64,000 nt of DNA, taken from positions 98,146,001 to 98,210,000 of the forward strand of contig OZ024745.1 in assembly GCA_964016885.1 (NCBI GenBank), in the 5' to 3' direction. The notes beneath the pieces were generated by a model. That model saw nothing but the letters and a program-made list of their open reading frames with translations, did not search any database and was not told the origin of the DNA. A program made the position numbers and the translations under genes. Shown here one piece after another: positions 11,340 through 23,339 of the stretch (position 1 is the stretch's first letter; every line of letters begins with the position of its first letter). The stretch is from Eledone cirrhosa. Taxonomy: Eukaryota.

Positions 11340-12085
11340 TTATCAAAAATACCTTTGAATTAACTTTTTTGAACGGCTATTTCAAGCATTCTTTTAAAAA
11401 CGTTCTTTTTACAGGGTTCTTCTTTTTGAAATGTGTGTTTTTTAAGGTATTTTGAGGGTGTGTTTTTCTGAAACGTTCTATTAAATAAAAGTTTTTCCAT
11501 TTTTTTTAAAATTCTTTCTAAGTATTCGCTGCACATTCAATATCTACTGTGATTGTCGCATATAATACAGTTGCGAGTGTGTACGTGATCGCTCTGGGTG
11601 TATAAGTGCCCGTGTGTATCACGCCTGCGCGAAACATGGACATGGGTGAGGGCGCCTACAGGTTGAGAGGGCGGCGACAGGGCGCGAGCGGGTCAATCAT
11701 ACAACCCTTTACCTCCTACAGTAGTAATTCCGATATAAGAAACAACTTTGATTGACAGGTGGATTGAAAAGAACCAAATATAAGGCGGCCACGAGTGGCC
11801 AAAAATACCGATGACGTGTACAATTCTTGACCACTCATAGAATCACAACAACGGGATCTAAGCTGCCGAGTGAGGGCCGCGGGTGTACCTGGACATTTGG
11901 AAACTCTGCTTCGTAGAATCGAGACGTATCTGAGGACCTTGCGATTTCAGAGTCAGGTTCGATCATTACATCGATCGTGCCTCGAGCTGGTCGCCAGAGA
12001 AACGATTGTAATATGTCTAATAAATTGTATTCGTCGCATCACTGATTCTCCGTTTCTTATGTGATATATATATATATAAATATAT

Positions 12086-12295
12086 ATATTTATTAAAATA
12101 ACAGATTAAAGTTTAAGCAAAGAATCGCTGCTTTCACCCTTAACGGGATCTTCTGAAACTAGTTCGTTAGGGTGAAAGCAGCGATTCTTTGCTTAAACTT
12201 TAATCTGTTATTTTAATAAATATTTGCTCTTCGGTTCTTATATATTTGATATATATTTTCCTTATCGAGCCCTCTCTGGATTTTAGTCTTCAATT
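12086..12295 (+). mobile_element. Fold-back hairpin element A (about 55-60 bp arms 12086-12223, plus tail) in (TA)n
   Basis: atatttattaaaataacag...ctttcaccct / agggtgaaag...ctgttattttaataaatat are reverse complements; arm and tail sequences recur at 28040, 28190, 28860, 28930, 54830. Confidence 0.8.
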
Positions 12296-12374
12296 TTATT
12301 ATTATTACTATAAATATATATATATATATAGTGCAAATTTATACGGGAACAAAACAGAGATGCAGACAAATAAA

Positions 12375-12428
<54 letters not shown>

Positions 12429-13424
12429 TGTGTGTATGTGTGTGTGTGTGTGTTATTACATCAAGCGTTAAACTAATATACAGCTTCATTAATTTTTGTT
12501 TACACACATATATATGTATGTGTGTGTGTGTATGTGCATGCGTGTATGTGCGTATGTGTGTATGTGTGTGTGTGTGCCCATTAAGAATCAAAACTTATTT
12601 TAAAAAGCAAAAAGATAATGACGAATAATCCAGAAATTAACAATGGGGTTGTTGTTGTTGTTGTTGTTGCTGCTGCTGTTGTTCTTGTTGTTTCTGACAT
12701 TTTCCTTGATACATGCTGGGACACAGCTTTCTTCGTAAGTTGAATAAATTTTATTATAACATTAATGAAATATATTTCAGATATGAAATATGCAACAAAA
12801 GAAATTATTATCAATATAAAATGATGAAGAATCCTCGCAAAACTACTAATTTAACAAGCAAAATATTCTATATAACAATATATATATGATAAAGTAACAG
12901 AACTAGAAAATAGAACCACTGGAAAAATAAGACGTAGCAAATCAATAAATGTTTAAATAGTTAAATAAACAAATACAAAATAAAAATAATAATTTGGAAA
13001 GTATTATCATCCGAATGAAAACAAAGTATCTCTTGAAACAACCAATAAAAATGTATATGACAAAAATGATACTACATTAAATTGAATTAAATTCTAAATT
13101 TAAGCTTAAATTGATTTTGCTGATAAATTTAGAACAAAATGGAGAATACACGTTGAAAAGTGTGTACAGATAAAGACATGGTGATGATATGAAATATAAT
13201 CCGAAAACTGAGTATAAATGTGGAATTGATGAATTAAACACATCAATTTTAATTAGATTATGTACGATATTTTAACATGCAAACGGGAAATGTAAAAAGA
13301 ATAATTTAGAAAATACAAAAATTCATACATCTTTTTTGTTACATATACAAATTCTAGTTGATATTTTTTGAAAATAAAGAATAAATAACACACCTTTTCC
13401 CGCTTATATATATATGTATATATA

Positions 13425-13508
13425 TTTCCTTCAAATGAAACAGTATGTATATATATACGGTTTCATTTGAAGGATATATATATATATATACACTGTTTCA
13501 TTTGAAGG

Positions 13509-13556
<48 letters not shown>

Positions 13557-13614
13557 CCTTCAAATGAAACGGTATATATATATATATATATATATATTTC
13601 CTTCAAATGAAACA

Positions 13615-13658
<44 letters not shown>

Positions 13659-13671
13659 TTCAAATAAAACA

Positions 13672-13705
<34 letters not shown>

Positions 13706-13718
13706 TTCAAATGAAACA

Positions 13719-13770
<52 letters not shown>
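13425..13770. repeat. About 19-bp unit (tccttcaaatgaaacag) repeated in both orientations within (TA)n
   Basis: Forward copies near 13428, 13556, 13599, 13656, 13702; reverse copies near 13459 and 13493. Confidence 0.85.
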
Positions 13771-13772
<2 letters not shown>

Positions 13773-14159
13773 GAAAAATTAAATGATGAAATATGACAAA
13801 AGCTATGATTATCAAGATGCCATTTGAAAATAGTATTACAACTGATGAAACGAATGATCATTTTATGTAGCTGCTCGACCTTCAAGAAATAGCAGCCAAA
13901 TATCTCTCGTATTGTCTTAAAAAGAAAGTATACATGCGTTAATGTCGTAAGCTTCTGAGAAGAGTGGAAAATCACGACCTGAATGACTTTTGAATAGGGT
14001 GAGACTGAACAAACCAACAAGAATGGGAAACATATACAATAGAAGAGTTACGGATTCAGTAAATGTGTAAAAGAGTACACTGTAATACTAAGAATACAAC
14101 ACAACCAGACACCAAAACTTACTTCAATATAATATTAGGAAATGTATTTATTTAAACAT

Positions 14160-14648
14160 GATATCGGTAGAGGGTCGGACGCCATGCTTTCCAGCATAGT
14201 TACGTCCCTTTACGATCTGAGTTCAAATCCCGTCGAGGTTGACTTTGCCTCTCATCCTTACGGAGTCGATAAAATAAAGTACCAGTAATGCACTGGGTGA
14301 TTGCTGGCCTTGTGCCTAAAGTAGAAACAATTATTTACAGTAACAATAATAATTGTTTCTACTTTCTTGGGCACAAGGCCAGCAATAACCCAGTACATTA
14401 CTGGTACTTTATTTTATCGAAACCTTAAGGATGAAAGGCAAAGTTAACCTCGACGGGATTTCAACTCATAATGGCAAGGGCCATAGCTCTATACGTCAAA
14501 GCACGGCGTTCGACCCTCTACAGATTCTGCCAATCCACCAAGGCCAGTAATTTGGGGAGAGGGGAAAGTCGATAAAATCGACCCCAGTGTATTACTGGTA
14601 CTTTATTTTATCGATCCCGTAAGGATGAAAGGCAAAGTTAACCTCGGT
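14160..14648. mobile_element. Cluster of tRNA-derived SINEs (plus about 14160-14335; minus about 14355-14540; partial minus about 14541-14648)
   Basis: B-box gagttcaaatcc; conserved core gaggttaactttgcctttcatccttacggggtcgataaaataaagtaccag (Meta-domain-like), repeated many times in window. Confidence 0.8.
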
Positions 14649-15089
14649 AATAATGACGACTTTAATAACGGCAATAGAAAAAAAAAAGGAAACAAAAGGA
14701 AAGAAAGAGTAGAGAAATATAGAGGACAAAGAGAAAAAGAAAGAAGAAAGAGAACGGGGATGTGATGGCAAAAGACTGGTGTCGCAGAAGAGAGGGAGGG
14801 TGAAGGAGGAGGGTGATTGGGCTTTGGGCCTAGGGCAAGGGAGCAGAAGTGCTGCGCTCTTCGGACAAGATGGTAAAAGCATTCCCCGGACGATGGCCAG
14901 TGACCCCCGCTGCAACAGCCACCCAACCTCGCGGGGCTCCCTCCTTAGCTGGATCGCCGACGAATATTAGGAGAAGTGAAAAGTGTACTTAAATACACAG
15001 ACACACATCTAAAGAGATGCTTTCATCTTCTATGTTCTGTGTTTGCCTGTGATTTCACTAATTCAAAGTCATATCAGCCTTTGCACAAC

Positions 15090-15375
15090 ACTGCCCAGCC
15101 CCAATAAAAACGCGGACCATCCACCACACTCCACCGTCAATACAAAACGGACCCCCACCTCAACCCCAATAAAAAATAGACCCCCAACCACCCCCAATTA
15201 AAAACGGACCACCACACACATCCCTCAATAAAATAACAGACCAAAAAAACGGACACCTCCCCCAATAAAAAACTGATACTCCACACACACCCCAATAAAA
15301 AACGAAAACCCCTAAAAATAAACAGGCTGCCCCACCCCCAGTAAAAATCGGATCCTCCACTCCACCCCCCCCCCA
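15090..15375. repeat. Degenerate tandem repeat (ccccaataaaaaacggacc-like, about 26-30 bp)
   Basis: Similar array at 23340-23590. Confidence 0.65.
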
Positions 15376-15648
15376 TTCTTTTCGTCTCTCTGATCTTTGA
15401 GTTCAAATCCCACCGAGATTAACTTTGGCATTTATTCATTCGTGGTAGATAAAAAGAAAGTACCTGTTAACTGGTGAGGCCGAATCTTCCTCTGTGTTTC
15501 TTTCTCACTCCCATTCACCCCACCCTCTATCATGTGTTCAGACCTCGTTTAAAAAATGCCCTACGACTCCCTCAAGAATCCGTATATACACACAAATATA
15601 TATATATACGATATTAATAAATGGAAACTATATTTATAAAACCATATT

Positions 15649-15713
15649 TATTTCATTATACATATTTCAAGGATACCATGTTAAATTATGGTATGCCTTC
15701 ATCAGATAAAATA
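15649..15713 (-). ncRNA. Minimal type I hammerhead ribozyme (left arm)
   Basis: Reverse complement of 15862-15926. Confidence 0.75.
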
Positions 15714-15861
15714 CAATATATACCAGTTTTATAAATAAACATTGACGTACCCTTTCAAAATGCGACCGTTACTTTTGGAAGACATCAGGATGTCTTCCAA
15801 AAGTAACGGTCGCATTTTGAAAGGGTACGTCAATGTTTATTTATAAAACTGGTATATATTG

Positions 15862-15926
15862 TATTTTATCTGATGAAGGCATACCATAATTTAACATGGT
15901 ATCCTTGAAATATGTATAATGAAATA
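15862..15926 (+). ncRNA. Minimal type I hammerhead ribozyme (right arm)
   Basis: Stem I tattttat/atgaaata; CUGAUGA; stem II agg-c-atacca/tggtat-c-ctt; GAAA; short stem III; AUA cleavage triplet, predicted cut after 15918. Confidence 0.78.
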
Positions 15927-16053
15927 AATATGGTTTTATAAATATAGTTTCCATTTATTAATATCGTATATTTACTCCAAATACTTGTCGAGTGCTTTAT
16001 ATCAGTTACAAAAATATTTGCTTGTTGTATCGCAACAATTTAAATAGAACTTT

Positions 16054-16125
<72 letters not shown>

Positions 16126-16129
<4 letters not shown>

Positions 16130-16553
16130 AAAGAATAGAGGTGTAACACACAAGTTATTATATATTGGTAAACGGAATAGAAAATGCTGACAAATTGTTC
16201 ACAGTTGAAAAATGGTTTAATTAGGAATAAAAGAGTATTAGTAATTGTATGGGTTAGTATTCAGTTGTGGTTTTAAGTTTTTAAGATTATACCGGTTGCG
16301 CATTTCTAAATGCTTTTCAAAAATAATTTTGAGATAGAGTGTCCGTGTTGTTTGCTCTGATCAGAGCAAACAACACGGACACTCTATCTCAAAATTATTT
16401 TTGAAAAGCATTTAGAAATGCGCAACCGGTAAAAAACTTAAAAACTTAAAACCACAACTGAATACTAACCCATACAATCACTAATACTCTTTTATTCCTA
16501 ATTAAACCATTTTTCAACTGTGAACAATTTGTCAGCATTTTCTATTCCGTTTA

Positions 16554-16563
<10 letters not shown>
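16126..16563 (-). mobile_element. Fold-back hairpin element C (about 200-bp arms 16159-16563, no loop, centre ctctgatcagag at 16360/16361; tail 16126-16158)
   Basis: Near-perfect inverted repeat with few mismatches; long (TA)n on both sides. Confidence 0.85.
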
Positions 16564-16646
<83 letters not shown>

Positions 16647-17231
16647 TTATACGGATTCTATATATATATAATTGTTTCTACTTATGGCACAAGGCCAGCA
16701 ATTACCCAGTGCATTACTGGTATTTTATTTTATATATATATAATAGAAACAAACGAGGAGGTTTCGTTTACATATAAAACATATTTTGTGTATCGACCTG
16801 TTATGCGCGTTTCGCAGAGGATTGGTAACTCATAGGAGTTATGGACCCGATTTCAGTATAGATCTGTTCGTCAGAATGGTAATGTGACACGAAAAGATAT
16901 CTATATATCTATATATATATATCGGCTGTGCGAATGATTTTAAGCATTGTCTCTATGTGTTGGTATTTAAACGATAGTTATAGCTCTGGTTTATCCAAAC
17001 TATTGAGCCCTTTGCCATGCATTTCGAAGATTGTGTTTCGTTATTTCGTGGGCCGAGATTCCGATTCTCGATAATTTATTTGTATTTATCTCTAGTCTTT
17101 AGCTATTGACCAGTTAATTTTATTGATTTTTTAGTTGATCTTATTGACTGATGAATAGCTCTTGTTAATTTTAACCCGTCTGTTGAGAACTCTAATTTGA
17201 TATGTGATATTTTGTATTTTTACAAATATAT

Positions 17232-18770
17232 CTATCTATCTAAGGCGGGTAAAATTCCCGAGATCCATGGACGAGTTCTCTCCAGCGGTCTCTGTCCCTC
17301 ATTATCGCTGCCATGTCCTGCATCTCCAACAGACCAGTGTCTGTCCTTAGGGCATCAACATACGTTAACCTTGGTCTTCCGCTTATAGTGTGTCCATGTA
17401 AGGGCTCCCAAAGGAGCACTGAGTGCAATGTCAACTCTGGATGTCGGTGAGCATGTCCAGCCAACCTCAGTCTCCTCTGTGTCACTTTTGAGCTGACTTT
17501 TGGGATGCTCCCATACAGCTCTGAGTTTTTCATCCTCAGTGTATACTGATTAATGTTCAGAGCCATCCTCAGCATTCTCGTGTAGCACCCATCCACCATC
17601 TGAGTGAGTTTCTTGGTCAGTGTCCAAGTCTCAGACCCATACAGCAGCACAGACTCCACTACAGCAATGAAGAGGCGGATTTTCAGGTCTCTACGAAGGT
17701 CCGACTTCCACACCGATCTCAAGCTGTGGCACGCCGCCCAGGCCTTGCTCTTCCTCTCAACCACATCATCTTCCGTATTCCCAATCCTTGCTCCCAAATA
17801 CAGGAAGTCCTCAACCAATTCCAGCGGCTTCCCGTCTACATTAGTGATCCCCTCTGGCTTCTCAACATTCTCTACCAGATATTTTGTTTTAGTCTCATTC
17901 ATTCTCAGCCCCACACTCATCGACACAGTCTCAACCTCCCGCATCAAATCCTCTGCCTCCTTCACTGTATTTGTCACCAAAACTATGTCGTCGACAAATT
18001 CAGCATCCGATACCTTTTTCGCCCTAACTCTCCTGCTCTGAGCCGGTGCTACAGTAAAGCCAGAGTCCTGGTGTTTCTCCAGTGCAAGGCGCATACAATA
18101 GTCCACTACGATGATAAAAAGATAGGGAGCCAATGTATCTCCCTGGAGCACTCCAGCCAGTATCTCAAAGAACTCTGTCATCCCATCAGGTGTAATGACT
18201 TGGGCTTTGGTGTTGGTGTAGAGCAGTGATATCAGGTCCACTATCTTCTTGGGGATTCCATAAGCCTGTAAGATCTTCATCAGGCAGTAACTGTCCAAAG
18301 AATCAAAGGCCTTCCTAAAGTCAATGAAAACCATGACCGCAGGAAGGCACTTTGCTCTAGCTCCCTCTAATATCCTCCTCAGCATCAGGATGTGACTGGT
18401 GGTTGATCTACCCTCTCTGAAGCCGTTCTGGTTGTCCCTGAGCTTCTTCTCCATCTCAGGCTGGATCCTGTTAAGAATCATCCTGTTGAGGGTCTTTGCC
18501 ACAAGTGACGTCAGTGAGATCCCCCGGTAGTTGTTGGTGTTAGAGAGATCTCCCTTCTTTGGCACTGGGACGATGTTACTGATCCTCCACTGATTCGGGG
18601 CAACTCCTTTCTCCAGTGCCCCGTTACAGAACCCCAGGATGATATCATCAAAATCACACCTCTTCATCACCTCTGATGCCACTCCATCTTCTCCATGAGC
18701 CTTGCCTTCCTTGATCCTCTTCTTGGCTCTCTGAAGCTCCTCTCTGGTGAAGGGCTCTGTCTCAACATCA
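17232..18770 (-). mobile_element. 5'-truncated RTE-clade LINE with 12-bp TSD
   Basis: TSD ttacaaatatat at 17220-17231 and 18771-18782; short (GATA)n tail on minus strand. Confidence 0.88.
17240..18682 (-). pseudogene. RTE reverse transcriptase (truncated ORF2)
   Basis: YRGISLTS, QNGFREGRST, FIDFRKAFD, GVLQGDTLAPYLF, EFVDD, FLYLG, LLYGSETW, GRPRLTY. Confidence 0.9.
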
Positions 18771-19250
18771 TTACAAATATATACACTACTGAATTCATTC
18801 GCCTAATATAGGGGTTCCCTCCCTTGCTGTACTCCACGTGGGTTTAGTAACGGGTGCCTCTGTATTTTTGAACGAAATGCCTGTTGAGAAAGTGGTTTCC
18901 TCGTTCATCTTTTTGCCAGAAGTCAGATATTTTTTATGTAGGCTGACGGTAATTGATTAAGGAACCGCAGAAACCAAAAAAGCTAGAATTTAACATCCTT
19001 CTAGCGGGTCCGGGTAAGATTTTTCATTCATTTAATTTATTATTTGTATGACCCGAATTTTCCTGGTCGTTTTTTCGGCTGTGCGAATGATTTTAAGCAT
19101 TGTCTCTATGTGTTGGTATTTAAACGATAGTTATAGCTCTGGTTTATCTAAACTATTGAGCCCTTTGCCATGCATTTCGAAGATTGTGTTTCGTTATTTC
19201 GTGGGCCGAGATTCCGATTCTCGATAATTTATTTATATATATATATATAT

Positions 19251-19360
19251 ATGAAAAGAGTCAGGACCCCGACGGCTGAGCTCCGGCCGTTTCGAATCTA
19301 GTTCGGATCTGGCTGTCGAAACGGCCGGATCTCAGCCGACGGGGTCCTGATTCTTTTCAT
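19251..19360. mobile_element. Fold-back hairpin element D1 (45-bp arms, 20-nt loop) in (TA)n
   Basis: gaaaagagtcaggaccccgacggctgag...tttcga / tcgaaa...ctcagccgacggggtcctgattcttttc; related to 58680-58795. Confidence 0.82.
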
Positions 19361-19371
19361 ATATATATATA

Positions 19372-19977
19372 TCATAGATTGAGTTAGAAACTCAAAATAG
19401 TCTTTTACAATTAAATATTTCAAAGAAGGCAATCTTTCCGAGCAGTGTAATATAATTGGATATATGAGAGGAGGGGTGAACATAGATATAAGTATACATG
19501 TGTTCCAATTGCAAAGGACCAAGTTAACTAGGTGGAAAAAATACTAATTTAAAACAATATGGTTTGCTTGACTCGATTTAAAGTAATAAATCAATAAAAA
19601 TAACAAACATATATCGGGCAATAACCTTTGATACCGGACAGACCAAAATCTGTTTCGCAAGAATTATTAAGTGAAAGCCAGAATTCCTGTGCTCTTCTGC
19701 TGGTATCCAGGAAAATTCGTACCTTTCACTTCAAAGGATCTAAGAAGACTGAACGATATCCTGATATAAAAGCACATGTCTTGCGAAACAGATTTAGGTC
19801 CGAGTATCAAAGGCTGTTGCCCGATATAGGTTTGATTTATTACTTTAAATCGAGTCAGGCAAATCATATTGTTTTAAATTAGTATTTTTTCAGCCTAGCT
19901 AACTAACTTGGTCATTTGCAATTGGAACACATGTATACTTATATCTATGTTCACCCCTCCTCTCATATATCCAATTA
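19372..19977 (-). mobile_element. Fold-back hairpin element E (about 200-bp imperfect arms 19452-19662 / 19779-19977, 116-nt loop, tail 19372-19451)
   Basis: ataattggatatatgagaggagggg... / ...cccctcctctcatatatccaatta. Confidence 0.82.
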
Positions 19978-20842
19978 TCTATATATATAAAACTGAGGAT
20001 GTCTGTCTCTGTGTGTGTGAGTTTGAATCCCTAAAACTCGAGAACCACCCAACCGACTGTTTTCAAACTTTACACATGTAATACTTATGTTTCAGCGAGT
20101 GTTCTGAGCAAAAATAAATTCAAATTTTCAATGCCCTATGGACCGCATTAGGCGATTTAGTGATCTCTCTCTATAATTCTTAGTCTTTTCTCTTTTTAGA
20201 TAGATACATACATATAACGTTGCGCCCTTATAATATCTGTTTGTATGTCTGGCTGTCTGCATTACGTCACTTCCCTGAGGATGTGTGTGTGTGTGTGTGT
20301 GTGAGTTTGAATCCCTAAAACTCGAGAAGTATCCAACCGACTTTTTTCAAACTTTACATGTGTAGTACTTATGTTTCAGGGAGTGTTATGCACATAAAAA
20401 ATTCAACTTTTTGATCCCCTAGTGAAACTGCGTTTTTTCAGGTTTTTAGGGGTTTTTTTGAGGCGTTACGTCAGACTGATTTCCTTGAAATTGTAACTAT
20501 GTATTAGTCAGTCTCTTCTTCATACCGTGAGCAAAGGAAATCCAACGTTTTTATGGCCTAGGGCCCGCATCAGGTGAAAAACTTCATTTTTTCAGCTTTT
20601 TAGGGCTTTTTTGAGGCGTTACGTCTAGCCGATTTTCCCGAAATTTCAAGGCATATTATGCTTTAAAAAATTCATTTTCTTGATCCCCTAGGGCCCGCAT
20701 TAGGTGAAAACCTGCATTTTTCCTGCTTCAACGAGGAAAATCTTAAAGATTATCCAGCCATGCAGTTTTTCCACGATTAGGTCTGTTGGCGGTCCGCGTT
20801 CCAAAATACCTTATCCCGTGCAACGCCGGGTACCACTGCTAG
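19978..20842 (+). mobile_element. Non-autonomous Helitron
   Basis: Starts TCTATATATATAAAA after A; ends with GC hairpin cccgtgcaacgccggg and CTAG before T; internal duplications; 5' end shared with 28570-28665 and 29160-29252. Confidence 0.8.
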
Positions 20843-21153
20843 TATATATATATATATATATATATATACGGACCCCGACCAACAGTATTGCTGGTCCACT
20901 CGGCGTCACAGCGTCTGACACAAGTCAAAGCGAGTGTATTAGAATTCATAGAATAAAGAGAAAATCTTCTGCGGGCTATCAAACTTCTAACCACTGATTT
21001 TTGTCCCATGAGGAATTTTTACTGTTTTACGGCATTTTGCTGTTTTAACAGCTATTCATGTATTGAGTTCTTCACCTTATTCTGTGGCATATATTATACA
21101 CACACACAAAGACACACATATATATAAATAAACACACACGCACACACACACGC

Positions 21154-21233
<80 letters not shown>

Positions 21234-21269
21234 GTGTGTGTGTGTGTATTTATATATATATTTACATTG

Positions 21270-21400
21270 TGAAGGCGTGTGGCTGATTGGTTAGTGAACT
21301 GGGTTTGCAATCGTGAGGTTGTCAGTTCCATTCCTGGACCGGGTGATGCGTTATATCCGTGAGCAAGACATTTTATTTCACGTTGGTCCTTCTACCTTGA
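21270..21400 (+). mobile_element. tRNA-derived SINE head (CORE-like)
   Basis: A-box tggctgattgg, B-box gttccattcc, gagcaagacattttatttcacg; similar to 26766. Confidence 0.6.
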
Positions 21401-22573
21401 GTTGCGACGGATAGATAGTAATAGCATTGTTTTCTCTGTCCGATTTGACGAAAGTCAATCAATTCTATACATGTGTTTGAAGTCATATATTACTGATATT
21501 TCACAATATATATAAAGCTAGCGGTGGGTTTTTTTACTTGTATTTTGTATAATATATTATTACTACAACTGATTGGAAAACTGCAGACTTTGTACAACAG
21601 ACGTAGTGATATATCAGGATCATCTGCATTTTATTAAATACATATAAAGTGTATGTTTTTGCTACAATGTACTTTAACAAATAAATATAAACTGTATTAT
21701 ATACTTCCTATCGATTTACTCTTCAAATTTTAAATTTTATAACGCTCTGATTAATTGATTATTTATTTTATTTATTCATTCTTCGAGCAAAACGACACAC
21801 ACACACACACTCTCTCTCTCTCTCACACACACATATATATAAATATATATATGCATGTATGTATGTATGTATGTATGTATGTATGTATGTATGTATGTAT
21901 GTATGTATGTATGTATGTATATATTTTGTTTTTAGTCCTGCAGGATGTTCAAAGTCACCCTCCTCACCAAGAAACCTTGGTGGGGTTGCCAGTTTAGTCG
22001 CCAACGACCCGGCCATGGGACAGGTTGTACTGGGATACATGTTACCAGTAGCACCAAAACCTATCAAAGGGCAAAAAACAAAACCTGTCAAAGGGCAAAG
22101 GAGCTCTTAAGAGTCAATGGCCATCCAAAATCACCGGGAGAGATGACCCCTTAGCCTTTGTCAAGGCAGAATTCTAGGAGAAGGAAAACTCTGATATAAT
22201 ACCTGCAACCCTGATGGTATCCAATGATGTTGACTTGTTCTTCTCTTTGGTAAATATCATCTTGGTTAAGAGAGTGGGACTGGCTTTGTGCAGTGCCTTT
22301 GCCCACTATAAAAGCTTCACGGCACAGGCATTACTTTATATCTGGAGATCTCTCTGCACTTGTCGTCACATGGTACCATGGGTCCAGCACTATGTGTCAA
22401 TAATTGTCACAGGTGTAGTGTTTGTACCAGAGTTTTCAAGTCGCTGTTGGGACTAAAAAGTCACACTCGTTCAGCTCATCGGTAGGGGTTCTCCTACATG
22501 GATATAAAGTAGTGGCCGTACTCGAAAACGAGTTGGCAGCCACCATATGTATATATATCTTGAAGCTAAATCC

Positions 22574-22700
<127 letters not shown>

Positions 22701-23339
22701 TGTTATACTTTGGGAGGGTCATGTTGCCAATAAGAAACACACGCACCAGCTACTTTCACTTCAATTTATTATGAATTTTATAAATTTTATAGATATAAAT
22801 TTTATAAATTTCCTGTTGGTTGGTTCTACAGCCGGATGGTTGTTTATATATTGTCAAAGTTCTTTCGTCACACATTCTGTGACCCCTTCAGTGATTGGGG
22901 ATTCTATTCTTTGTTTTGTGCCTCTCCTTTTTTTCTGTCCTACGCCATCTTGTTTGTGTGTGTGTTGTGTGCTTGGTTTGCGCATTTGTTACATCCGGGT
23001 GTCTGTGTGTGTTTTTATTTGTTTATTTATTTGTTTATTTACATGTTAGTAGTTAGTTGTTTGTTCTATGTGTGTGTGTTTTCATTGGGGTTGCACATGC
23101 GGGACACGTTCCTCATCACCCTTACTAAATCCGCAATCAGTATGTTGATTTTGGTGTGATCCGAAACAGCTGAGTTTCGGTGGATCAGGTATTTGGAAGT
23201 CATGAGTTTGGCATAATGGGAATGAAGGATTTGTTTTTTGTTTTAATGGTTTCTAACCAGAGCTCTGTGTCTAGTACGGGTAAAAAATTAGGCTGAATTA
23301 GACTGCTTTTTCTAGCAACTCTGTTACACGGCATTAGTT

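Larger units (their letters stand above)
15604..16036 (+). mobile_element. Fold-back hairpin element B1: 183-bp perfect arms (15604-15786 / 15789-15971), 2-nt loop, 3' tail; Penelope pLTR-derived
   Basis: Arms are exact reverse complements by eye; homologous to 31786-32596 and to terminus 43703-43830; flanked by TA repeats. Confidence 0.88.
16922..19234. mobile_element. Non-coding element of about 602-bp unit with 160-bp terminal direct repeats (16922-17081, 19075-19234), interrupted by an RTE LINE
   Basis: Repeats differ at one position that I can see; both outer ends abut (TA)n. Confidence 0.75.

Noticed and set aside
10963-13770. Many YI/CV/HT-repeat ORFs here and throughout the window
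   Set aside because: Translations of (TA)n, (GT)n and (CA)n microsatellites
14649-14975. Possible additional Tx1-like 3' UTR on minus strand (ATTAAA plus ATT tail)
   Set aside because: No coding remnant or clear homology to the other copies; too weak to call
15604-16563. Palindromes as MITEs or as assembly artefacts
   Set aside because: One-sided tails and homology to a PLE terminus argue against MITEs; diverged family members with arm mismatches and SINE insertions argue against artefact, though the perfect B1 copy still needs read-level confirmation
21935-22540. Possible LINE 5' UTR fragment
   Set aside because: Looks repeat-derived but has no second copy or protein motif in the window
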